Positions 8,612 to 16,210 are shown, counted from the stretch's first letter. The stretch is 64,000 bases of DNA from an uncultured bacterium (GCA_903894955.1 CAITSA010000001.1:3769-67768), one strand, 5' to 3'. Program-made: numbers and translations. The notes: generated from the sequence alone by a model not told the origin.

Positions 8612-9844
8612 TTATAATTTAAAATTATCTCGAATACTTTTAACTGCTTTTTCAATGTCTGTGGTATGACCAAAAGCGCTTAAACGCAAGTACCCTTCTC
8701 CAGACAGACCAAAACCAGATCCTGGTGTTCCAACAACATGGGTTTCATTTAAAAGTTTGTCGAAAAATTCCCAAGAGCTAAGACCTTTTGGATTTTTTAC
8801 CCAAATATAAGGAGCATTTTCTCCACCAAAAACTTTAAATCCAATTTTCAATAAATTTTTCTTTATTATTCTTGCATTGTTCATATAATAACCAACCATT
8901 TTTTTGCTTTCTCTTAGCCCAGCTTTTGACAAAACTGCTAGGGCGCCTGCCTGAGCAACATTGGATGCTCCATTAAACATCGTTCCTTGTCGTCTGTTCC
9001 ATAAATTATTAACTTCTCTCTTTTTTGTTTTTTCGATAACTAAATCCATCGGTACGACCGTCCAACCAAAACGAACACCGGTAAACCCTGCTGATTTTGA
9101 AAAACTATTTATCTCGATGGCACATTTTTTAGCTCCTTTTATCTCATAAATACTCTTCGGTAAAGATTTATTGGAGATATATTCGCAATAGGCTGCGTCG
9201 TAAATAATAACTGCTTTGTTTTTTATTGCATAATCAACAAAGGATTTTAACTGCTTTTTAGTAGCGACTGAACCAGTTGGATTATTTGGATTGCAAAGAT
9301 AAATTATATCCACCTTTTGTTTTGGCGGAAAAGGTACAAAATTATTTTTTTCGTTACATTCCATATACACTAAACCTTTATATTGACCATCAACAAACTC
9401 TCCTGTCCGGCCAGCAATAACAGTGGTGTCCACATATGCTGGGTATACAGGATCTGAAACAGCCACAATGTTATTTGAATCAAAAATTGATTGAATATTA
9501 GCTAAGTCCGTTTTAGCTCCATCATTAATAAAAATTTCCTGCATATTTAAACTAATATTCCTTGTCTTGTAAAAAGACATGAGCATTGTTAGGAGTTTTA
9601 TATTTGCTTCTTTTCCTTCAGCATCCTGATAACCTGTGTAGGTTTTAATATTGGCAAGTTTTTTTACTCCTTCAGATAATCCTTTGATAATAGTGGGAGA
9701 AAGAGGTTCTGTTGTATCACCTACTCCAAGTCGCATAACTTCTACTCTAGGATTCTTTTCTATAAAATCTCTAGTTCGTCTATCAATTTCACTAAATAAA
9801 TATCCACTTTTTAATTTATTAAAATTTTTATTTATAGTAGCCAT
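8612..9844 (-). CDS. dapL: LL-diaminopimelate aminotransferase-type class I aminotransferase
   Basis: N-terminal KLKSGYLFSEI; PLP-lysine context NSFSKSAGFTGVRFGW; 410 aa; lies between dapA and asd. Confidence 0.75.
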   Translation of the reverse strand: MATINKNFNKLKSGYLFSEIDRRTRDFIEKNPRVEVMRLGVGDTTEPLSPTIIKGLSEGVKKLANIKTYTGYQDAEGKEANIKLLTMLMSFYKTRNISLNMQEIFINDGAKTDLANIQSIFDSNNIVAVSDPVYPAYVDTTVIAGRTGEFVDGQYKGLVYMECNEKNNFVPFPPKQKVDIIYLCNPNNPTGSVATKKQLKSFVDYAIKNKAVIIYDAAYCEYISNKSLPKSIYEIKGAKKCAIEINSFSKSAGFTGVRFGWTVVPMDLVIEKTKKREVNNLWNRRQGTMFNGASNVAQAGALAVLSKAGLRESKKMVGYYMNNARIIKKNLLKIGFKVFGGENAPYIWVKNPKGLSSWEFFDKLLNETHVVGTPGSGFGLSGEGYLRLSAFGHTTDIEKAVKSIRDNFKL

Positions 9845-9859
9845 GAATCGTTATCAGAT

Positions 9860-10762
9860 TTAAATTAATTTTAAGTCTTTCAGAATTTTTTCTAGTAAAA
9901 TCCTATTTTTGTCTTCAATAAAAGTAAGGGGTAGTCTGAAACTTTCCTCAATCTTCCCCATCATAGCTAAAGCTGTTTTCACTGGAATTGGATTAGATTC
10001 AACAAAATTTATGTTCATTAAAGGCAAAAGGTCGTAGTGTAATTTTCTTGCCTCTTCTAAATTACCTTTAAGTGCTAAGTGAATCATTTTGGAAAATAAT
10101 TTAGGAGCTTCGTTGCAAACAACTGAAATACATCCTTGTCCACCTAGGGCAATAAGTGGCAAGGCCACAGCATCATCTCCAGAAAATACAATAAAATCTT
10201 TTGGACCATTTTTCCTTATTTCATTAATTATTTCCATCATCTGATTCAAGGAACCCGAAGCTTCTTTGACTGCTTTTACTTCCGGTACCTCTCTCGCAAT
10301 TCTTACAATAGTTTCTGGAGATACATTAGATCCAGTTCTCCCCGGAACATTATAAACAATAATGGGCATATCTACCATTTTGGCAATTTCTTTAAAGTGA
10401 AGAACTAAACCATTAGGAGTTGGTTTGTTGTAATAAGGAGTTACGTGAAGTAGGGCATCAGCTCCAGCCTTTTTTGCTAAGCGAGATAAATGAACTGCTT
10501 TTTTTGTATCATTACTACCGGCTCCGGCAATGACCGGAACTTTTTTAGCAACTGTTTTCACCACTGTTTTTATCACCAGACTATATTCTTCTTCATTTAA
10601 GGTAGTTGCTTCTCCAGTAGTCCCCACAACCACTATCGCATCTACCCCACCTTCTAATTGAAAAAGAACTAACTTTTCCAAAGCAGGCAAATCTAGGTCT
10701 CCATTTTTTTTAAAAGGAGTAACGATAGCTGGAATAGAACCAAAAAATTTTATGTTCTTCAT
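9860..10762 (-). CDS. dapA: 4-hydroxy-tetrahydrodipicolinate synthase
   Basis: VVGTTGE, YNVPGRTG, KEASG (Schiff-base Lys context); 300 aa. Confidence 0.9.
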   Translation of the reverse strand: MKNIKFFGSIPAIVTPFKKNGDLDLPALEKLVLFQLEGGVDAIVVVGTTGEATTLNEEEYSLVIKTVVKTVAKKVPVIAGAGSNDTKKAVHLSRLAKKAGADALLHVTPYYNKPTPNGLVLHFKEIAKMVDMPIIVYNVPGRTGSNVSPETIVRIAREVPEVKAVKEASGSLNQMMEIINEIRKNGPKDFIVFSGDDAVALPLIALGGQGCISVVCNEAPKLFSKMIHLALKGNLEEARKLHYDLLPLMNINFVESNPIPVKTALAMMGKIEESFRLPLTFIEDKNRILLEKILKDLKLI

Positions 10763-10778
10763 ATTTTATTTTGTTAAT

Positions 10779-11519
10779 TTATAAGATATTTTCAAAAGCA
10801 TAAATTCCTTTTTTACTTTTAATAAATTCTGCTGCAAACAATGCACCTTTAGCAAAACCAACTCTATTATATGCTTGGTGAGAAAGAGTAATGCCATCAG
10901 CATTACTATCAAAAATAACCTCGTGAAAACCAGGGTTTCTGCCCCCTCGAATTGAAGCAAGATGAAGTTCAGTAGGATCAATTTGTCTATTTAATTTTTC
11001 AGTTTGAATAGATTTTTTGGCTGGAAAATTTTCCAAAATCTTTCCTGCTATTTTCAAAGCAGTGCCGGAAGGACTGTCTAATTTACCTCCATGATGAATT
11101 TCAAAACCATAGACGTCATATTCTGGAAATTTAGCAAAAAGCTTAGAAGCAGAAGCTATCATTTTAAAAAATATATTGGCCCCCACTGAAAAATTAGCAC
11201 CATAAATTAATCCTATTTTATATTTCTTAACTATTTTTTTTACTTTCTCTATGTCAGAAGCCCATCCAGTCGTCCCGATAACTAAATTTTTACCAAGTTT
11301 GGCAATCTGTTCAATATTTTTTAAAACTATATCTTTGGAGGTGAAATCAATAGCAATGTCTGCTTTCTTGATCCCTTCTATATCTAACTTGTCATTAATA
11401 TTTTTAAAACTAATCGAAACAACCTCAAAGATTTCGGATTCATTACATAATGTATTAATTTCTTGGCCCATTTTCCCGTAACCAATCAAGGCAATTTTTA
11501 TTTTCTTTTTCATACTCAT
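10779..11519 (-). CDS. dapB: 4-hydroxy-tetrahydrodipicolinate reductase
   Basis: IGYGKMGQ and EIHHGGKLDSPSGTA motifs. Confidence 0.85.
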   Translation of the reverse strand: MSMKKKIKIALIGYGKMGQEINTLCNESEIFEVVSISFKNINDKLDIEGIKKADIAIDFTSKDIVLKNIEQIAKLGKNLVIGTTGWASDIEKVKKIVKKYKIGLIYGANFSVGANIFFKMIASASKLFAKFPEYDVYGFEIHHGGKLDSPSGTALKIAGKILENFPAKKSIQTEKLNRQIDPTELHLASIRGGRNPGFHEVIFDSNADGITLSHQAYNRVGFAKGALFAAEFIKSKKGIYAFENIL

Positions 11520-11680
11520 TAAGAGTACGAGCTTTATTGCCTAAAGTTAAGTTTTTTAACATTTACCTCAAAATTATGACTTTTTGTAAAATCTGTTAAA
11601 ATAGTAATACCTGTCCCGTACTAAATTTTTGATTACGGGATATAAGAATAAAGATTATTAATTAAAATTTTAGTACTGGG

Positions 11681-12337
11681 ATGATCAAAATACAACCAAT
11701 AGTGCGAGAAATAGTGCTTGGAGAATTAGAGGCTTGTTTTGCTTTAACTAATGGCTATATGAATATGAGCAGTTATGCACATCGCATTCGTCCAAAGGTG
11801 GAGGCCCTCACCAAAAAACAAGTAACTATTACCAGCCTAGTGGTTTCTTTGTCACGCTTACGAAAAGAATTTAAAAAAGAAAAACCTCTGATCCACGATG
11901 TCACTATAAAAAATATAACCACCAAACTCCCCATCTCAGAGATAATCTACGAAAACAACAGTAAATTTATTGAGGAGCTCGAATCATTTTATAAAGAAAT
12001 AGCAGTGACTCCGGAAGACTTTTTTACCATTACTATGGGGACCGCCGAGATTGATATTCTTTGTTCTTCTAATTTAGAAAATAAAGTATTGAAACATTTT
12101 AAAATAAAACCAAAAATTATGAATCATAATTTAGCAGCTATTGGAATTTCCTATGGCTCAGAAGTTTTCGGTATGCCAAATGTTTTCTTTTCGCTTCTTT
12201 CAGTTACCGCTCGAGCCCGCATCAACATAGAAGAGCTCGTCTCTACTCCAACTGAATTAATTTTTATTATTGCTGAAAAAGATTTCAGTCAAACAGTCGC
12301 TTTATTTTCTGAACTACATCGAGAAGTTAATAAATAA
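11681..12337 (+). CDS. hypothetical protein with C-terminal ACT-like domain
   Basis: The C-terminal ~70 aa (LAAIGISYGSEVFGMPNVFFSLLSVTARARINIEELVSTPTELIFIIAEKDF) look like an ACT fold by eye. Divergent from the dap operon. Confidence 0.4.
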   Translation: MIKIQPIVREIVLGELEACFALTNGYMNMSSYAHRIRPKVEALTKKQVTITSLVVSLSRLRKEFKKEKPLIHDVTIKNITTKLPISEIIYENNSKFIEELESFYKEIAVTPEDFFTITMGTAEIDILCSSNLENKVLKHFKIKPKIMNHNLAAIGISYGSEVFGMPNVFFSLLSVTARARINIEELVSTPTELIFIIAEKDFSQTVALFSELHREVNK

Positions 12338-12514
12338 AATTGGCAACAAAAAAAGCATTAATCTCTAAACAATCCTTTCGGAGCTGTGCTCCAAAAGTAA
12401 CAAAATATTATAGGATAGTTCCAGAAACTAATAAAAGTACCAAAACGTCCTATGCAAATTCATATAACCAAGGGCTGATTGCTTAGAGATTAATGCCTTT
12501 TTCAATTGTCAATT
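12338..12514. ncRNA. long-stem palindromic element (candidate structured RNA or elaborate terminator)
   Basis: 12348-12374 AAAAAAAGCATTAATCTCTAAACAATC is near-complementary to 12477-12502 GATTGCTTAGAGATTAATGCCTTTTT. About 100 nt between them carries two inner hairpins (GGAGCtgtGCTCC; ATAGGA...TCCTAT). Confidence 0.3.
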
Positions 12515-12561
12515 TTTCTTTCGCTTGATAAATTATACTACATACTTAATCAAGTAAATGC

Positions 12562-12597
12562 TATAATGTTGATAGCTATGTTGATACCCTGTTGATA
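12562..12597 (+). promoter_or_regulatory. TATAAT box followed by three helically phased TGTTGATA direct repeats upstream of ruvB
   Basis: TATAAT at 12562-12567. TGTTGATA at 12567-74, 12579-86 and 12590-97 (spacing 12 and 11 nt). The third reads TGTTGATAA, the complement of the DnaA-box-like TTATCAACA. Confidence 0.35.
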
Positions 12598-12661
12598 AAT
12601 GTACCACTTTTACAATATAGCATATAAGAAAATAAATGTCAACCCCTATCGTTTACGGACA

Positions 12662-13729
12662 ATGAAATTAAGTAAAAAAATCCTTATGAAAAAAGACGAA
12701 AAAAAAGAAATAGCTGATGATTCTTTTTTAGATCAAACCCTCCGCCCTACTCGATGGGATGAATATATTGGTCAAAAACACATAAAAGACAACGTTAAAA
12801 TCTTATTGCGAGCTGCCCAAGAACGCGGGCACATTCCAGAGCATCTTCTTTTTTATGGACCTCCTGGATTAGGGAAAACTACCTTAGCGCATTTAATTGC
12901 CAAAGAAACTGGCAAGCAAATGAAAATTACTTCTGGTCCAGCCATAGAAAAAGTTGGTGACTTGGCTTCAATTCTAACAAATTTGGCTTCTGGGGACATC
13001 CTTTTTATAGATGAAATTCACAGACTAAATAAAATGGTTGAGGAAATACTCTACCCTGCTATGGAGTCTGGAGTTTTAGATATTATTATCGGTAAAGGCC
13101 CTTCCGCGCGTACTATTCAGCTTGATCTCCCCCCTTTTACTTTAATTGCTGCCACGACTCGAGTGGCCATGGTTTCTTCTCCGCTTCGTTCTCGTTTTTC
13201 GGGAGGAGTTTTTCGTTTGGAATTTTACTCTAATGAGGAAATTGCAAAAATTGTTGAAAGGTCCAGTAAACTTTTAAAAATAAATTTAGCTCCGGAAGCC
13301 TTAAAAGAAATTGCGGAAAGGAGTAGGTTTACTCCTCGTACTGCAAATTACTTTTTGAAACGTTGTCGCGATTTCGCTCAAGTGTACCCCGAAGGAAAGC
13401 AAGCTTCCTACGGGGCAGGTGAAAAAGCTATTAGTAAAGAAATGGCGAGAAAAGCTCTTGCTATGCTGGCTATTGATGATATTGGTTTGAATTCTTCAGA
13501 TAGAAAATTTCTGGAAATATTAATTGAAAAATTCAAAGGTGGACCAGTGGGATTAAAAACTATGTCAGCCGCTATGTCAGAAGAAGAAGCGACTGTAGAA
13601 GAAGTGATAGAACCATACTTAATTCAATTAGGTTTACTAGAACGCACCGCCCGCGGAAGAGTTGCGACCAATAAAGCATATGAGCATTTAGGGTTTGACT
13701 CGAAAGAAAAACAAGAAAAACTTTTATAA
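12662..13729 (+). CDS. ruvB: Holliday junction branch-migration ATPase RuvB
   Basis: Start moved to ATG 12662 (MKLSKK). Walker A GPPGLGKTT, Walker B LFIDEIHR, RTANYFLKRCRDFA. Confidence 0.9.
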   Translation: MKLSKKILMKKDEKKEIADDSFLDQTLRPTRWDEYIGQKHIKDNVKILLRAAQERGHIPEHLLFYGPPGLGKTTLAHLIAKETGKQMKITSGPAIEKVGDLASILTNLASGDILFIDEIHRLNKMVEEILYPAMESGVLDIIIGKGPSARTIQLDLPPFTLIAATTRVAMVSSPLRSRFSGGVFRLEFYSNEEIAKIVERSSKLLKINLAPEALKEIAERSRFTPRTANYFLKRCRDFAQVYPEGKQASYGAGEKAISKEMARKALAMLAIDDIGLNSSDRKFLEILIEKFKGGPVGLKTMSAAMSEEEATVEEVIEPYLIQLGLLERTARGRVATNKAYEHLGFDSKEKQEKLL

Positions 13730-13808
13730 AAAGACAAATAGAAAGCCACTATAAAACTAAAAGTCTTATAGTGGCTGGTAGATCTTTAGACCATGGTTAG
13801 GTCAAGTT

Positions 13809-13833
13809 TAGACACAAAAGCGTGTCTATTTTT
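13809..13833 (+). terminator. rho-independent terminator-like hairpin
   Basis: TAGACAC-aaaagc-GTGTCTA followed by TTTTT. Confidence 0.6.
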
Positions 13834-14177
13834 GAAACTCTGATTTTTTGATAATAAAAACCTCCTATGTTTTTTAAAGAAGACATAGGGAACTCCTTCA
13901 CTGTGCAGTTTGTTACATTACTTTACAAAAAACACGCATAGGCAATATCTCCTTTTTCTTAAAAAGAAACGTTGTTATAGTGCGTTTTTCTTCTCTCTGT
14001 AGGGATAGATTAAATAACCCTAAAGAGTAACAATACACACCGGGTGACGGATCTATTATCATCATTTTCTTGGCACTCCCAAGAAAATGATAAAAACTAA
14101 AAGGAACTTATTTGTTTGTATACAATATCTAATCATTTAAAAATGCAAGAACTTGTTCATAATGTTAAAATTATCAA

Positions 14178-14663
14178 ATGACACGAATTTTAGGGATAGA
14201 TCCAGGATACGAACGACTTGGGGTCGCTATCTTGGAAAAGAATAAAGGTGATAAAAAAGAAAGAGTGCTTTTTTCGGAATGTTTTAAAACTTCAGCTAAA
14301 TTAAATTTTTCTGAACGATTATTTTTAATTGGCGAAGAAGTAAAAAAAGTAATAAATAAATACAAACCAGAAGTTCTTTCAATTGAAACTCTTTTCCTAA
14401 ACACTAATCAAAAAACAGTGATGAAAGTCGCAGAAGCACGCGGAGTGGTTGTTTATGAAGCTGTCAGCGCTGGATTGAAAATATTTGAAGCTTCTCCTCC
14501 CCAAATAAAAATAGCCACCACGGGTTACGGCCGAGCCAACAAAGAACAAATAACAAAAATGGTAAAAATATTAGTGGACATCGAAAAATCTAAAACCTCT
14601 GACGATGAATTGGACGCTATCGCTATCGCACTAACAGCCCTTGCTTGCCTAAAAATGAAGTAA
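14178..14663 (+). CDS. ruvC: crossover junction endodeoxyribonuclease RuvC
   Basis: ILGIDPGYERLG N-terminus, ...ELDAIAIAL C-terminal acidic motif; 161 aa. Confidence 0.85.
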   Translation: MTRILGIDPGYERLGVAILEKNKGDKKERVLFSECFKTSAKLNFSERLFLIGEEVKKVINKYKPEVLSIETLFLNTNQKTVMKVAEARGVVVYEAVSAGLKIFEASPPQIKIATTGYGRANKEQITKMVKILVDIEKSKTSDDELDAIAIALTALACLKMK

Positions 14664-14758
14664 TACTTTTAAAAACCGCACATAATTTTCTGCTGAAAAT
14701 TTGCTATGCTCGGCTCGCCAGCCTGCGCAATGCTTTTTAAAAGTATTACTTCATTTTT
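14651..14758 (+). repeat. arm-core-arm element, copy A (conserved hairpin CTCGGCTCGCCAGCCT at 14709-14724)
   Basis: 25-bp perfect inverted arms (14651-14675 / 14734-14758). The left arm contains the last codons and stop of ruvC. The 58-nt core shares its architecture with 25589, 49870 and 59225. Confidence 0.7.
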
Positions 14759-14850
14759 AAGTACAAGTTATCCACATTTGCTATTGCCAAGCTTTTTATA
14801 TTTTGATACAAAGTATGCATTAGTAGGAATTTAATAAAAATAAATTTTTT

Positions 14851-14976
14851 ATGTACGATGAAGATGAGGAAATAGATGGGAATTTCAAAATGGGCGTGGA
14901 CGAAGATGAACCGCTCGACATGCCTGATGATCCTGATTTTGGATTAGATGAAGAAGACCCAGACAGAGATGGTTAA
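14851..14976 (+). CDS. possible 41-aa highly acidic small protein
   Basis: My translation: MYDEDEEIDGNFKMGVDEDEPLDMPDDPDFGLDEEDPDRDG*. Followed directly by a strong terminator. No clear SD; below the ORF-track cut-off. Confidence 0.35.
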   Translation: MYDEDEEIDGNFKMGVDEDEPLDMPDDPDFGLDEEDPDRDG

Positions 14977-14980
14977 AAAA

Positions 14981-15010
14981 TAACCCCGTCGCTCGCGAGC
15001 GACGGGGTTA
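14981..15010. terminator. bidirectional terminator, 30-nt perfect palindrome
   Basis: TAACCCCGTCGCTCG|CGAGCGACGGGGTTA flanked by an A-run and a T-run. Shared by the small ORF (+) and tyrS (-). Confidence 0.8.
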
Positions 15011-16210
15011 TTTTATTACAATTTTCACAAATCTTTTTTTACCAATTTTAAGAGTTAAGTTTTCTGAAATTTTTAAGTTTACGTCTGTTATATTTTTATC
15101 ATTTAGTAAATCATGAACTGCGTTTTCTAAAACAAGTCTTCGCCACTCTCCTTTAGAGGATAAAATCTTATTTTTTACTAAAATTTCGCTCAACATTTCT
15201 CCGGTTTTAACTTTTATTTCCTTTATTTTTTCTGGAATTTCCTTTTTTTGAAAAGTATTCACAAAATTCTCTTCTGCTTTTTGGGCATCTTTTACAGAGT
15301 GATAAAAGGAGATAATTTTTTTAGCTAAAATCTTTTTAAATTCCATTGGATTTTCTCCATTTTTTAAGGAATTTTCTATCTTCGCTATTTCACTTAAGTT
15401 TAAGTCTGTTGTCAGTAAAAAATATTTTGTAATAAGTTCATCTTTTAAAGACATTATTTTCCCGAACATTTCATCTGGGGTATCAATAACAGAAATTATA
15501 TTTCCCCAAGAAGAAGACATCTTACGTCCATCTGTCCCCTCGAGCATAGAAAGAACCATAATATCTTGTTCTTTTTGCCCGTATCTTTTTTGAACAGTTC
15601 TCCCTGCTTTTAAATTAAAAAGTTGGTCAAACCCCCCAATTTCAACATCTGAATTAACAGCCACGCTATCATACCCCTGTAAAGCAGGATACATAAATTC
15701 AACCATAAAAACATCTTTACCCGCATCCAATCTTTCTTTAAAATTTCTTCTTTTTGTCATTTGTTGCACAGTAAAACATTCCAACAACTGACCTATCTCC
15801 GGAATACTCATCCCTTTGAGCCATTCAGAGTTATATCTAACTTCTACCTCTTTCATATCCAAAATAAGATTAATTTGTTCCAAATATTTTTTTAAATTAT
15901 TACTTATTTGTTCATCGGTTAGCATTGGTCTTTTTTCTAATTTATCTGATGGATCTCCAATTTTTGCAGTAAAATCACCAATAATTAAGACAATATGATG
16001 CCCTAAATCTTGAAAGGCTTTAAGTTTAAGGAGGGTTACCGCTCGGCCGAGATGAATAAAAGGACTTGTTGGGTCAATGCCAAGTTTAATTCTTAGTTGT
16101 TTTCCAGAACTTAATCTTTCTTTTAAGTCTTCTTTTATAAAAATATCTTCCACCCCTCGACTTAAAACTTCTTTTATTTTCTTTTCATCTGTTATGACTT
16201 TCACCCTCAA
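15008..16210 (-). CDS. tyrS: tyrosyl-tRNA synthetase
   Basis: GIDPTSPFIHLGR (HIGH-type), IGDPSDK, KMSSS (KMSKS-type), C-terminal S4-like tail; 400 aa. Confidence 0.75.
   Translation of the reverse strand: MRVKVITDEKKIKEVLSRGVEDIFIKEDLKERLSSGKQLRIKLGIDPTSPFIHLGRAVTLLKLKAFQDLGHHIVLIIGDFTAKIGDPSDKLEKRPMLTDEQISNNLKKYLEQINLILDMKEVEVRYNSEWLKGMSIPEIGQLLECFTVQQMTKRRNFKERLDAGKDVFMVEFMYPALQGYDSVAVNSDVEIGGFDQLFNLKAGRTVQKRYGQKEQDIMVLSMLEGTDGRKMSSSWGNIISVIDTPDEMFGKIMSLKDELITKYFLLTTDLNLSEIAKIENSLKNGENPMEFKKILAKKIISFYHSVKDAQKAEENFVNTFQKKEIPEKIKEIKVKTGEMLSEILVKNKILSSKGEWRRLVLENAVHDLLNDKNITDVNLKISENLTLKIGKKRFVKIVIK

Noticed and set aside
10766-10981. A 71-aa ORF overlapping the 3' part of dapB, and similar short overlapping ORFs (7633-7839, 8218-8622, 24324-24518).
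   Set aside because: They are out-of-frame or antisense overlaps with well-supported genes and have no independent evidence.
11520-11680. A lysine (L-box) riboswitch upstream of the dap operon.
   Set aside because: The spacer is only 161 nt, and I find none of the L-box sequence blocks I recall as conserved (e.g. AGAGGNGC, GAGGG). Only a simple hairpin is present.
13730-14177. RNase P RNA, tmRNA or SRP RNA in the large ruvB-ruvC spacer.
   Set aside because: On neither strand did I find the GAGGAAAGUCC-type block, a tRNA-like acceptor/T-arm with a GGGG 5' end, or the SRP domain IV GGAAGCAGC-type motif.
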